DNA of 64,000 nucleotides. Source: Diadema antillarum. Its lineage: Eukaryota. Where the stretch lies: NCBI RefSeq assembly GCF_040938485.1, contig NW_027271179.1, forward strand, positions 124,001-188,000. The letters run 5' to 3'. The notes under the pieces were generated by a model, which ran no database searches, was not told where the DNA came from, and saw nothing but the letters and a program-made list of their open reading frames with translations. Positions within the stretch are counted from its first letter, which is position 1. Each line of letters begins with the position of its first letter. This document shows positions 36,901 to 48,900 of the stretch, in pieces. The translations under genes were made by a program, and so were the position numbers.

Positions 36901-39900
36901 GTTATTTGCTTTGTGCTTGTAATCTAATCTGGGTCTTAAAACACCTACACCCTGTAGAGACAAATGCACAGTGTTGTTTGATGTTTGGGAAATAGACCTT
37001 GTTCCCTCAAAATATGTCAAATTGTTGGGCATGAGAATAGATGAAGTTAACCATCATCAAAGCACAAGTATCAACTTATGTTCTACGAAATCTTTTTGTT
37101 GATTCACTTGATCAAAGTAATGAAGAAACTCACATTTCTTTGATGTGATGTAACTAGCTGTCATGATAAATGTACATTTAATTTTTCAGTGTTCTTAGTT
37201 GAGTGTATTCTACTTGCATGGGCAATCTCTCTAGTCGTCCAGTTTCATGTGGTATAAGAGAAAAAAGTAAAACAGCTTGCCCTTCACCTTATCAGAATTC
37301 AGCAGAATGGCTCACATTTGATTTTGTGTGAGGTAAAATGAAAGACACATTATCCCTGAATGAGGAGAAAGAGGAATATGTGGCATCTACCATTATGGAG
37401 GCAAGCTATTTTGTAATAAGGTTTGGATGTACAGTCAAACCTGTCTATAGTGGCCACTCAAGGAAGATGAAGAAAAAAGTGGCTGTTATAGACAAGTGAC
37501 CACTAGACAGGGTTTTCCCACATTTCTATGTATTGCATACACATGTATGTATTGTCATTGTATACAAGTGCTTGAATGCACTTGTATGCATAAACGTATA
37601 CTCATGTTTCATACATTGAACAATGCCATTGTTGATCAAATTGTTCCATGGAGCTTTACTAGCTCCATTTTAATCCAAATGAGCGTGCATATACAGCAAG
37701 CAAGCTTTTCATGAGTTCATTACTATTCCTGAATACATGACCAACACCGCTGCAAAGCAAAACATGCTGAATTGTTGACTGTCCTGAGGCTCCATGTCAG
37801 TCTATGGGGGCTATATACTGGTTAAAATCTACCGCAGAAAACAAATTGGTGGCTGCTATGCACAGGGTCTTTAACGTGGCTTTTCTCTTGGGGGCGGGGG
37901 GGGGGGATTTTTTAGTGTCCATATATGGCAGGTGGCCGCTATAGACAGGTAGTCGCTATTGAAAGGCAGGTTTGACTGCATTGTGTAAGTTGGCATGGTT
38001 GTATGTTTTCTCTTACGGCAGGATTCCAAGACCTAGTGGAGGAGGATGAGATCTTAGTGGACAGAGCGATGCAGGCCAACGCCTTCTCCTTCCTCCTCAG
38101 ATCAGTCGTCTCTAACAAGGTCTTCCATCAAAATGTGAGTGTGGCAAATATTGTGGCTTTTGTAGATTGTTTTTGTCTTCATTAACATGCAACTATTTCT
38201 AATCCCTTATCCCTTGTCGGCTGACTATACGACAGTATGGACATTTTGGCGGAGGCTCTGCAGTGCCGTTCTTTCAACTTTCATAGTGAGGTTGTCAGTG
38301 CGTCTATTTTGCTCACACCGTCTATTTCATTCTGTGTACATGATGTCACACTTAACATCATCTACAAATACATTAGACTGAGAGTAATTTACAGGGTGGT
38401 ATCCACTTGCCTCTTAGGTGGAGTCATTGAACTTCTCAAGTGATTGATCTACATTCCACATCAGTTGAGGTGGCTGCAAGGTTTTTTTTTTTTTTTTGGG
38501 GGGGGGATTTGGTAAACTACATGTATAAGAGAAAGTGATCACCTTGTCTTTGAGAGGATGTCAGTCATGGTGTCTAAATGTGATTCCCACAAAATGTAAC
38601 CTGTGACCAAAAAGAGCGTATGTCTTCCTTATTCTGCAACATATGATCATATAATGTGATGCTCAGATGATGCTAATATTGTAATGCTAGGACAATATTT
38701 CTCTCAATCTCCTCACAGGAATTCTACGTAAGGAGGATCCATGGCTTACTCACCGACTTCATCGTCCAAATGCCTCTCAAAGTAAGAACATTCAAAACTT
38801 TTTTTTTCTAATGTCTTCTTCTATCAATCAGCATTAATCTGCTTAAGTTCAAGAGTTTTCCTCCTATTCTATGACTTATGAAATAAACTAAGACTAACAG
38901 TACTTGGATATTGGTTGTGCTGAATGAAGTAAATGATTGGAAGTTTGAGTATTCTATGTGGCATCAGTTTGTTCATCATCAAATGCAGAAAAAATTACTT
39001 GGCAGTTGATTCTTACATAATTCAGTTACTGATTTGTAATACATTTAGTTGGCTCTTTCCAGACCCGGGCTGCCCAACCTGGTGCACCCGTAACTCTCCA
39101 TTCTGTGTTTTGATTTTGAAAAATGTAATATTGATATTTGTGACTGAAAGCCGAATAAATAATGATAATAATGCATGCCAATGTCAGATGTATCTTCAAT
39201 TGTCCTGCCAGTGTGAGATAATTTTATGAATTTCCATATCAGTCAAATCTGTGTACAATATAAGAAAAATTTAGTAGAATTTTAGTAGTTTTTTAGTAGA
39301 ATTCATGAAAAGTAGGTATGTATCATTCTGTGCCCTTTAGCCAGGACGGCCAATTTTGGCCTTACTATCTTTGATCGCTTTGAATAGTCTCTTCATTTTT
39401 GTGAATTTCTGCTCAGGTGAAAGAGATCCGTAACCGTGGTGATGAAGCAGGGAGGCTCATCATGTCTTACGAGAGGGAGGGACTGGAGGTTTCAGCTGAC
39501 CTGCCTCGCCACTTTGAAGACTTCATGCATCTGGTATTTTCATGATGTTGCCATTGTCTTTATAACCACCATCAGTATTATAAAAAGCTTTAGTATGGAT
39601 GACTCTGCCTCCATGTGATATATCTGCTATGAGATGTAGGTACACGCTGTATGGTTCAAATTTGAACCAAGGATTTAGAGTGTTTGCCATCTGATGGTAT
39701 AAGAGGAGGGTAACAAAGCAAAAACTTGAAGAAAAAAAAGTTAGGTCATTTGAGATAAAAGACCCTTTCCGTTAACAAAGCGTCAATGCAAAGGACTTGA
39801 ACCTGACTTTATTGGTGACTTGGTCTCTTCTTTATTGTTTATAGAATGTATAGTATGTATTAAATTCCAAGCTTGCAAGATATTGGTCTTGTAATTATCT

Positions 39901-42900
39901 CAATTCAATAAGGGTTATTTAGTTGTCATCCAGAGCCAATTTTACCACACTTTTGAATTGGAATGTTTCTTTATTCATGAATCAATTCTGTCACGAAGCC
40001 TAGATATAAACTATAGACCAACTTATTTTCATCACTGTTTTGAAGTATAACAGTGTAAGCATAACTGTTGGATGAATATCTTGTTCATTCTTTGGTAGTG
40101 TAGAATGTCTGTCGAGTGGATGTTTAATATTATGTCCTTTTCTGTGTTGTCTAGCTTGGAGTGCTCTATGAGAATGACCCTTTGCAGCTGGAGCTGTCTC
40201 TAGACTTCTGGAATCCACCAGAGAGAACGGGCAGCCCCGGGATTGGAGGCGCCTCCTATCTGAGTGTCTATTATCACAAACAATCCCAGAGACAAGTGAG
40301 TATTTCCACTTAAAGCCAGGTTGGTGGGAAGACTGATAGATAGTGTGTGTGTTTGTATGTTTGTGTAAGTGTGTCAAAGATTAGAATCAGAGCGCCTTCT
40401 GTGAAGATGTATTATGTATTTCGATGAATATTTGAACATATATCAGGGCTTGACACAATAAACATTTTTCTTCGTGGCTTGTTTTGGTCACTAAAATCTT
40501 TGAATTTGAAATATAGGTGGCTTCAAAAAGAAATGAAGTGGCTCGAAATGAAATGAAGTACTGTAAAGCGAGGAATTTTCGCGAGCACTGTAATTTCGCG
40601 AATTTTGCAAGCGCCAAGATTTGCGAAATTAAAATGCACACGAAAGTCCTTGTTTACACTATATGCATTGAATGCCAGTGGCACTTCGCAAAAATTTCAT
40701 ACCACGAAAAAGGCTGTCGGCTCCAATTTGCGAAAAATTCATGCCGCGAATATATCATGTTTTACAGTATATAATTTCATTTTGAATTTTAGTTGCCCAA
40801 TCAGGCCACCAAAGGATAACGTTTTTGGATACTTGGTGGCCCGACATCATATTTTAGTGGCCTGGATCTTTGGGCCACTGCTAATGTCAAGCTGTGCATG
40901 TATAGTTCTATCAGGTTGGGAAGTGAAATGAAAAAGAAATTTGTGTCTTGGCAATATTTTCTAATCATGTTGTTATGTATGCCTCCATTCATGGAATGCC
41001 CTAAGGAAATCATATGCAGAACGCGTTTCATCCATTGATTGCTGCTGTACTTTGATTGTTTCATCATGTTTATTTGTTTGATGATGTGGTACATGGTGTT
41101 ATTGATGTTGTTTGTGGAAAAAAAAATAAATGGGGCCCTACTAAGAAATAATTTGCCCCAGACAATTTTGAGATTAAAATAAAGCGATATTATAAGCGGC
41201 TCAAATGTTATTGTTATTTGAATTATTATGTTGCTATGTTATTTAAATTATATATCACTCTATTATCAATTATTATTTTGTCCTTTGTCTTACTTCTACC
41301 ACCAGGTGAGTCTTTTCAAGTTTGTCAGGATGGCAGGTGATCTCCTCCCACCCTCCCTCTACATCCCCTACCTCCACCTACTGACTGGCCTAGCCAACGG
41401 TCCACAGAGTGCTCATCAGTGCTTTAACCTGCTCAAGGCCAATGGGATGGGTGCAGGTAGGTCCTATCTCAGCTCCAACTTGACATAACATGAAGGGTTG
41501 TACAGCTCAGAATTTAATTGGTTCTTGATGCTGATCTTGGCCCAATACTGTAGCATATTACGGTCAATTCAAGGAGTGAAAGTGATTGTAAAGATGCAAG
41601 CTTGTGGTGGTGCTGTAAATACATTAATGTGGTGACCACCTTATATCTGTCTGCAGTGCTCAGAGTTTTCCAGTTGCTGGATTTACTCTACGTTTCTGGT
41701 GTGATCCATGTCAGAAGTTGTAAAGGTAAAGGTAAAACATACTTTCTGTATACCAGCAGAAACTGTTAATTTTTGCTCTAAAATTGACACATATGCATAA
41801 GAGATGTGTGCAATAACACTGTGATAAGGTGATTTCACTTGGATAAAAAAATAAATAAAAAATCAAAATATTAGCACGCAGACAATATTGCAATCAGGGG
41901 GGCATTTCATGACGGAACTTGTCGGATAGAATATCTGACAAGTCAATTGTATGCGACAAGTTTTGAGAAATTCTTTAGTCTGATTGGCTGATTTCTCTGA
42001 ACTTGTCAGATATAATTGACTTGTCGGACATTTTATCCGACAAGTTCCTTCATGAAATGCCCCCTTGATAACATTTCTGATTGTGGTTCCTAGGCAAGGT
42101 TTTGTAATCGATCATCGATAGTCGACAAATCAGACCATAGCAGTAGCAGTTGTTCTTCCGCACTAGAGTGAATCACAATCAACTTGTCCAGAAATACAGT
42201 TGCTGAGGCACAATCAATCATCACATAATATTCTGCCTGTCCACTTCTAAATTGGGAGAGCTCTTCAGGAAGAAAAGTTGTGTGCATGCAATCAAAATGA
42301 TTTCACTCTCTTGATCTCAAAACGCTCCAAATCAAGTCATTATCTTGGCAAATCTATCAGCCGGACAAGTTTCTTGGTAGACCCTTTCCATGTATTGCAA
42401 GCAAATTGCAGATGGTGGAAGATGAATTTTGAGCACTTCTTAGAACTATGTTTTGCCTTTAATCATGAGTAACCAATGTGTGATCTGTGACTTTGTTTTC
42501 CCTCTCAGCAGGAGGCAGTGTGGGCAGTGTGTCTTGGGATCACTTCTTTCTCTCCCTCAATCGCTACTACTCGTCCCTCAGACAGGAGGTCAGGTTGCCC
42601 TCCCCATTCCAGGAATTGGGCCAGACCGCCCAGGCCTACAGACTGGGCTCCAAAGGGATCACTCCACATGAGCTGGAGGGGTTGATCAATGTTCTTAAGC
42701 TGGTGCAAGCAGTGGCCAGAAAGGTTGGAATTCCCTTCACAGTGTAGCAATTTCTGAAGGGATGATGACATGACTCCATTAGCTGCTTTTTTGATTGTCA
42801 AAATTCATCAAAATGCAGCAGCAAAATGAATTCAGCTGCTATGTGAATTGCATTTCAGAGTATTGTAAACTTCCTCTAAACTGCCTGTTGACACCACTCT

Positions 42901-45900
42901 TAATCGAACATGTATGTCTATAATCTTGTGTAGAATGTGAAGTGCAACCTGGACATATTCGTATAGCAACGATAGACTTTGCAGGGACATTGGAATATAT
43001 GTATAAGTTTAATGTACTACTCAGCAATAAACTTGATCATGTGATATTGGAATATCAAGTTTATTTGTGTGTTTTTCTGTTAAGCTCCCTTTGAAGAAAA
43101 TATGTGTGGTGTCAAATAATACCAAAAGAGGGAACAATATGTTACAAGCAATGAATAGAATGATTTTTTGTATGCTGAACAAGTCAAAGGACTGAAGGAT
43201 AGTTATGGTGCATACCATGTACCTTGATATATGTTTAGATATTTTTACCATTTCTATACTCTTTGAAGAAGGGCTATGTGACATTTTGTTTTTGATTCAT
43301 ACTTTATATATCATTCTACCATTTAAGAAAGTTTCAAAGACCTATTTCATTAATGTCATAGATTTAGTTTATTTGTGCTCAAAATAGCAATTTATATGTG
43401 CATGTCAGTAATGTTGCAGGTATTATTGTGTCTGTTGATGTAGGTATATTTGTAGTTAAGTATTCATAGTCAAGTTATGTAATTTTAACTACTAATTTTA
43501 AAGCTCTATGAAACTTTTTATTAAGTATTTAGTGCTATGTAGATAACCATGTTATTGTTATTATTATTATTGTTATTATTGTAATTATTATTGTTATTAT
43601 TAGATATCGTTTTTCCCAGTCTACTTTCTTCCATCTACCCCTTTGCCCAATTTCAAATTTATTCTTTACTTATTTCACAAGCATTACAAAACATTCTCTG
43701 CGTGTGACCTCCCCCCTTTACCCAGGATGAGGAAGCGAGGCTTGCCATGGTTGAGAACCAGTCCTGGTTACCCTCTGTCCTCCTATTTGGCCTCATAACC
43801 TGTAGCATCCCTCCAGTCCTGAAGGGAGAGTGCCTCAAGACGCTGGCTGTCTTTTCCCAGTCTCCCGAGATTGCCGCCACCCTCTGGCAGTCTTTGGAGG
43901 TGTCTCAGGTATTCTATTGATTGATATTCATCGATTTTTATTTGATACATGTAGCTGTCAGCTTTTTTTGTGCCAACGTACTCATGGTGGCATGGTGCCA
44001 TGTGAGCCATACTCAAATGATGGCAAGAACTAAGTTGACCATACTCGGTTCCAAATGATTGAATTGTTGCGTCAAGTGGTTTTTGTTGGAACTTGGTAAC
44101 AAACTGCACTTTATTGACCTAAATAAGCACCATCTATTCATCCGGAATCCAACCTAAGTGTGTGTGATTTTTTACATCATTACTACTACTAAAACACTAT
44201 ATAATTGGTATTTATTTTCATCAATTAGGGGCAATTTGTCAACCAGTTGCATGCTTAGATTGTTGTGAAAACAAATCTGTATATAGTAATATATGCTGTA
44301 TCCAGCAGTCTTCTTGTGTTTGCGGTGCCATGATTTTCAACAGTAGAAAACACATGTCATGTGAGATGCAGATTACTACTTTTAATTCTTTGTTGTATAG
44401 TTTCTGTGGTGATATAAAAGTATCCACTTTTCTTGTGCAAAGAAAGTACCTGGTAATAAACATAAGAGTGGCTTTTTGAATATTCATAAGATTTTTCATT
44501 TCCTATGCATTGTTCTCAAAAGAATTTGGCCATTATTTTTGTAATCAGGTATTGATACTTTCATTAAAGCAGGGTCCTAGACTTAAAAAGACTGCTTCTT
44601 TATGATTACACCTGACATTGATTGATTGATACATTAATTGATTGGAATCTTGCCAGGTGATACCCACAGTCCATCAGGCTGGCAACCCGCCAGCCGGCAT
44701 TCTCCTGGAGCTAGAGGAGATTGAGTCCAACAATGAGGAGTACCCCCTGACTCGGGGCTTCCTCACTCTTCTGGATGCCCTGACAGACATCCCGGTCCCC
44801 ATCATGCTTGGAGTGGGATATCGGCCCCCAGGATTTGACCCCTACCTGGCATTCCTCAGGGATTCTGTCTTCCTCAAGTTCCAGTCGAGAGCATACAGAG
44901 ACCCAGCAGAAAAAGTGAGCAGGCATCCCCTTCTGTATCATATCTTTTTCAAGTCAGAGTAAAACTTGGCATATATGACTTTAGAATGCAGACTTATGGA
45001 CCAGCCAAACTTCTCATGCATAACAGTAGTTTACAAGTGTAAGTATATTTCTCTGCATAGACACTTTGTCTCAACATTGTGAGATATATTGATTCTCAAA
45101 TCACAATTTGACCTATGTATTGGCAGCAGAGACTATACTATGCTGAGGTATTTAACTATTTTCGATTTGCATCTTCTTCATTCAGGCATGTTCATTTCCT
45201 GTGCTTGTCCAGGGCTGTGTTTATAACTTATCTTATAATAGCATAGAAATTGCGTGATCATTGTTCTTGGCATGTAGAATACATGTTACTGAGGTTAGAT
45301 GCAGTGAATTCAAATCTGTTCATGCGGTCTTCTTAAGTTTGTGATTTTCCTCATCATTAAGAGATTTCCATTTGACTTCACCAAAAAAAGAAATTATAAA
45401 GACTTGCCCCGCTGTGTCTTCATCAGATGAATATTTCAGGAATAAGCAACATACTCTCTAGCTTTGGAATGCAACTTCCATCAGGTTCACTGAATACAGA
45501 TGATTATGTCTTTCATGACTCGTACCAATGGCACATTATAAATCTAGTATATTTCCTTAAGATCCTGTAGCGTGGGGAGACATTGATGGCTGATTGAATT
45601 GACCTTCATTCGCTATCCACTGGGGTACACTTAAATACTTCTCATAGCGCACATCAGTGACTTAAGTGCATTGGAATATAAACTCACTGGTAACGGTCTA
45701 CTCTGGTCAAGATTCTTAAACTGTGTTTGTATTACATAGAGATCTGCAGTGATAAAGCTGTACACAGTTCGATACAGGAATTGACAATTCTCAAAGAAAT
45801 GTACATCTGAGCTGAGCCAGTCTTCCCTTTTCATAGTATCCCCTTGAAGGTCTTTAAGTGTGATAAACTGTCCTGAAAGTTGTTGTAGAAGTCTCATGTG

Positions 45901-48900
45901 TGATGATTCTTAATTTTAAAAAGGAAGCTGAGTATGACTGCGAAGTTCCTGCAGCATCTATTTTCTTAAAAGGAAAAAAAAAAGTTATTGTTCCAAAGTG
46001 TTTGCATCGATATGTTATGTTGGAGGCATAAAATACTTTAAGGTCCTTGCTAGTATCAAGTCATCTTGAACTGTGCACATTTTTATGCAAACTCAGTGGG
46101 AGGTTGCCGCCATGGTAACCAAGATCTTGGCCAAGCTCCTGGCCAAGCATGAGCCACAGCCCGAGGACTTCCTGGACCAGCTTGTGGAGCTCCAGGGTGG
46201 TGGGACGGCCGTGGCCAACAAGTCTCCGGGACACCACCTCTTGGTCCACATGCTGAACGACAGCTCCATGCTGCAGCTGGTAAGATGCATTGTTGCCGAG
46301 TTTCCCTGATTCTGCAGGTGGCTCCTGAAAACAATTTCCAATGTTGAGGTCGAGTTGGGAGTTTTCTTTAATTTGTCTCCCTCTACAAATGAAATTTGCA
46401 AGATCGCAACTGCTGATCTATAATGTTAACAAACATGTTGGAAAAACAGAACCACGGGACTGTCATCTACTACTTTCTGAGCAGCGATACTACCACCAGG
46501 CTATCCCTGGTTGCTGGCAGTGACACAATGAACTTGGAACAAATACCTTAGCTCCGAAAGGGAGAAATTGAAGAAAACTCACACCTCAACCTTCACCCCT
46601 CTGCTTAATAGTCTCTTGCTTTAACTTCCGTTGTCTCTTCATGTCCTGACAAGAGTGACCCTGCATTACAAAACCCCCAAAAAGTTGCCAGACATGGATT
46701 TTAAGTGAAGGGCAGATTCTGAAAGAGAAGACTCCAAGTTTTATAATGATGTATAACTCAATATGAATGCTCTTTCATAACCTGTCGAAATAAATGAAAA
46801 GAAAGTACACACTCTTGAAAAGTGTTTTTTTGAGAGAAAAGAGGCTGTGAAGTTTAGGATATATTCAAATGTTTAATCTGACCAAGCCGTGCTCTATGCA
46901 ATGAATGGGACAAACACCAGGATGTAAATCCCTGTAGCAATCACAATGAAGGAATAATTACTGCAAAACACGATGTACTTGCAGCATAAAATTTTCACAA
47001 AGTGGTGCCGGTCTTTTTCGCGTGCATTGTAATTTCGCGAATCTTGACTCTCACGAAATTCACAAAATTAAACTTCACACGAACATTCCTTGTTATACAG
47101 TAGAATAAGCTGAAATTGTGCATACTCTATTACATTTCATGCCTAATACCAACCTTTCAAAGCAGTAGCATAATCCTTTCAAAATTTCTTAGCATTGAAG
47201 GTGGAGAGTGTGAATTACAAGGGTTTTTGAGGAAATGAAAAGGGGCCTCTGAGCCGTACCTAATCACACTACTCTACAAAACAAGACCAGTGTTCTAGAA
47301 AAACTGCAAAAACACAGTTTCCCATCCATATTATTATCTTAAACTTTAGAATGAATAGTAGAAGAGTTGCTCTTTCAAAAAATTACAAAGGAATTAAAGA
47401 TTGACTTGGTCGACCCATTTCACCTTGTTTGAGTCTTCACATAAAATCAGGGTGTGCAGTTTTTTTGTTGGGTTTGTGATGCATGGTCACGTATCCTGCA
47501 CACAGTTTTAAATCAAATTCATCTTGTCATTTGTGTTGTCAGATTCTGAGTATTCTGGACCAGTCAACCAAGCTCCTGTCCAAGTACAAAACTTTCCCTG
47601 GTAAAGAGGCCATGGAGGACTGCGCCCTCGCTTGTCTGACGATGCTGGATCTGTCCTTGGAGAAGCAAGACGGGTTCCTGGACCTGCTGAGAAACCAGGG
47701 CTCTGGTCTGATGGTGACACCACTGGACCAGTTCCTGATGGGGATCAACCCCCGGACAGGGCAGGCAGACCACCTTTGTCGTGTGGCCAAGTACGTTCCA
47801 ATGTCCCCCCCCCCCGCACATTGTAGTCTCACTAAGTGCGTATTAAATGTATGCACTTTGCATTTAGCCAGATTAGTTCGTGGTGAGTGGCATGGAAGTT
47901 TTTGCCAGGACAAACTATGTTATCCATTGATTTGGCGAATGAACTCTTAGAAGAGCAATGCCACAAAACTGTAGGTATGATTTTCATTTTCATGACTTCA
48001 AACTATCAAAGAAGTCACTTCGTGATGAATAGATCATACAGTGGATTTCAGTTTTATGATGAAAATATTACATTGATGTCTATCTTACATGATTTCTATG
48101 ATGACATCTTACTTTTATTTCAATTTTTTTTTTTAATGAGAAGTGGATAATAGACTTGGAACTTGAACTTTAGTTCCAACATTTTCCCACAATGCACTGT
48201 TTTGTTTTGGGCCTCATACTGGCAGCACTATTCTTAGTTTAAATACAAAAATGGAATTATTCTCATATAACCTCCATGAGGGATAGCTGATATAGATTTC
48301 AATACTTGTATACAATGACTGCTAACACTAACATGGTTTTATTTTTTTTCTCCTAAACAAATGTAGCTAGCTATGCAGTGTCTAATCTGAATTTCTGAAT
48401 AGTAGCCACTTTCGTGATTTTTCCAATATGTCTTTGTATTGTCTTGACTGTAGCACTTACATGTATTGTTGTACAATGTATCTGGCAGACACAATTAACT
48501 TCGATTTATCACTTGCCCTGTTCTTTCACTAATTTTAAGTATTCATCCAAACATACAATAGTGAACAGGTGTGGTTAATCAAGCCTTCTAGTGTAAGGTT
48601 AGGAAAACAGGACAATAGTGTATCAAAACCTTGTTTGTACTATGTATTATGTTGTACCTCTTGGCCTAAAGGTTTGTCAGCTTCAATGTGGCTCTACCAA
48701 AGCATGCCCTGGCTGCTGTCAAGGTGCTATACAGGATGGTCCGGTCATCAAATGTCCAGCCTGAAATCGTCAACCTCTTTTCCATCAACAAGGTAAAGCT
48801 GGTATTTTATCAAAGTGGCTTGAAGCAATCGTTTTAGCTGATTTGCAGCAAACCCTTTTCTTTGCTAGAATACATACCTTGCGATTTGTTACAGGGTGTT

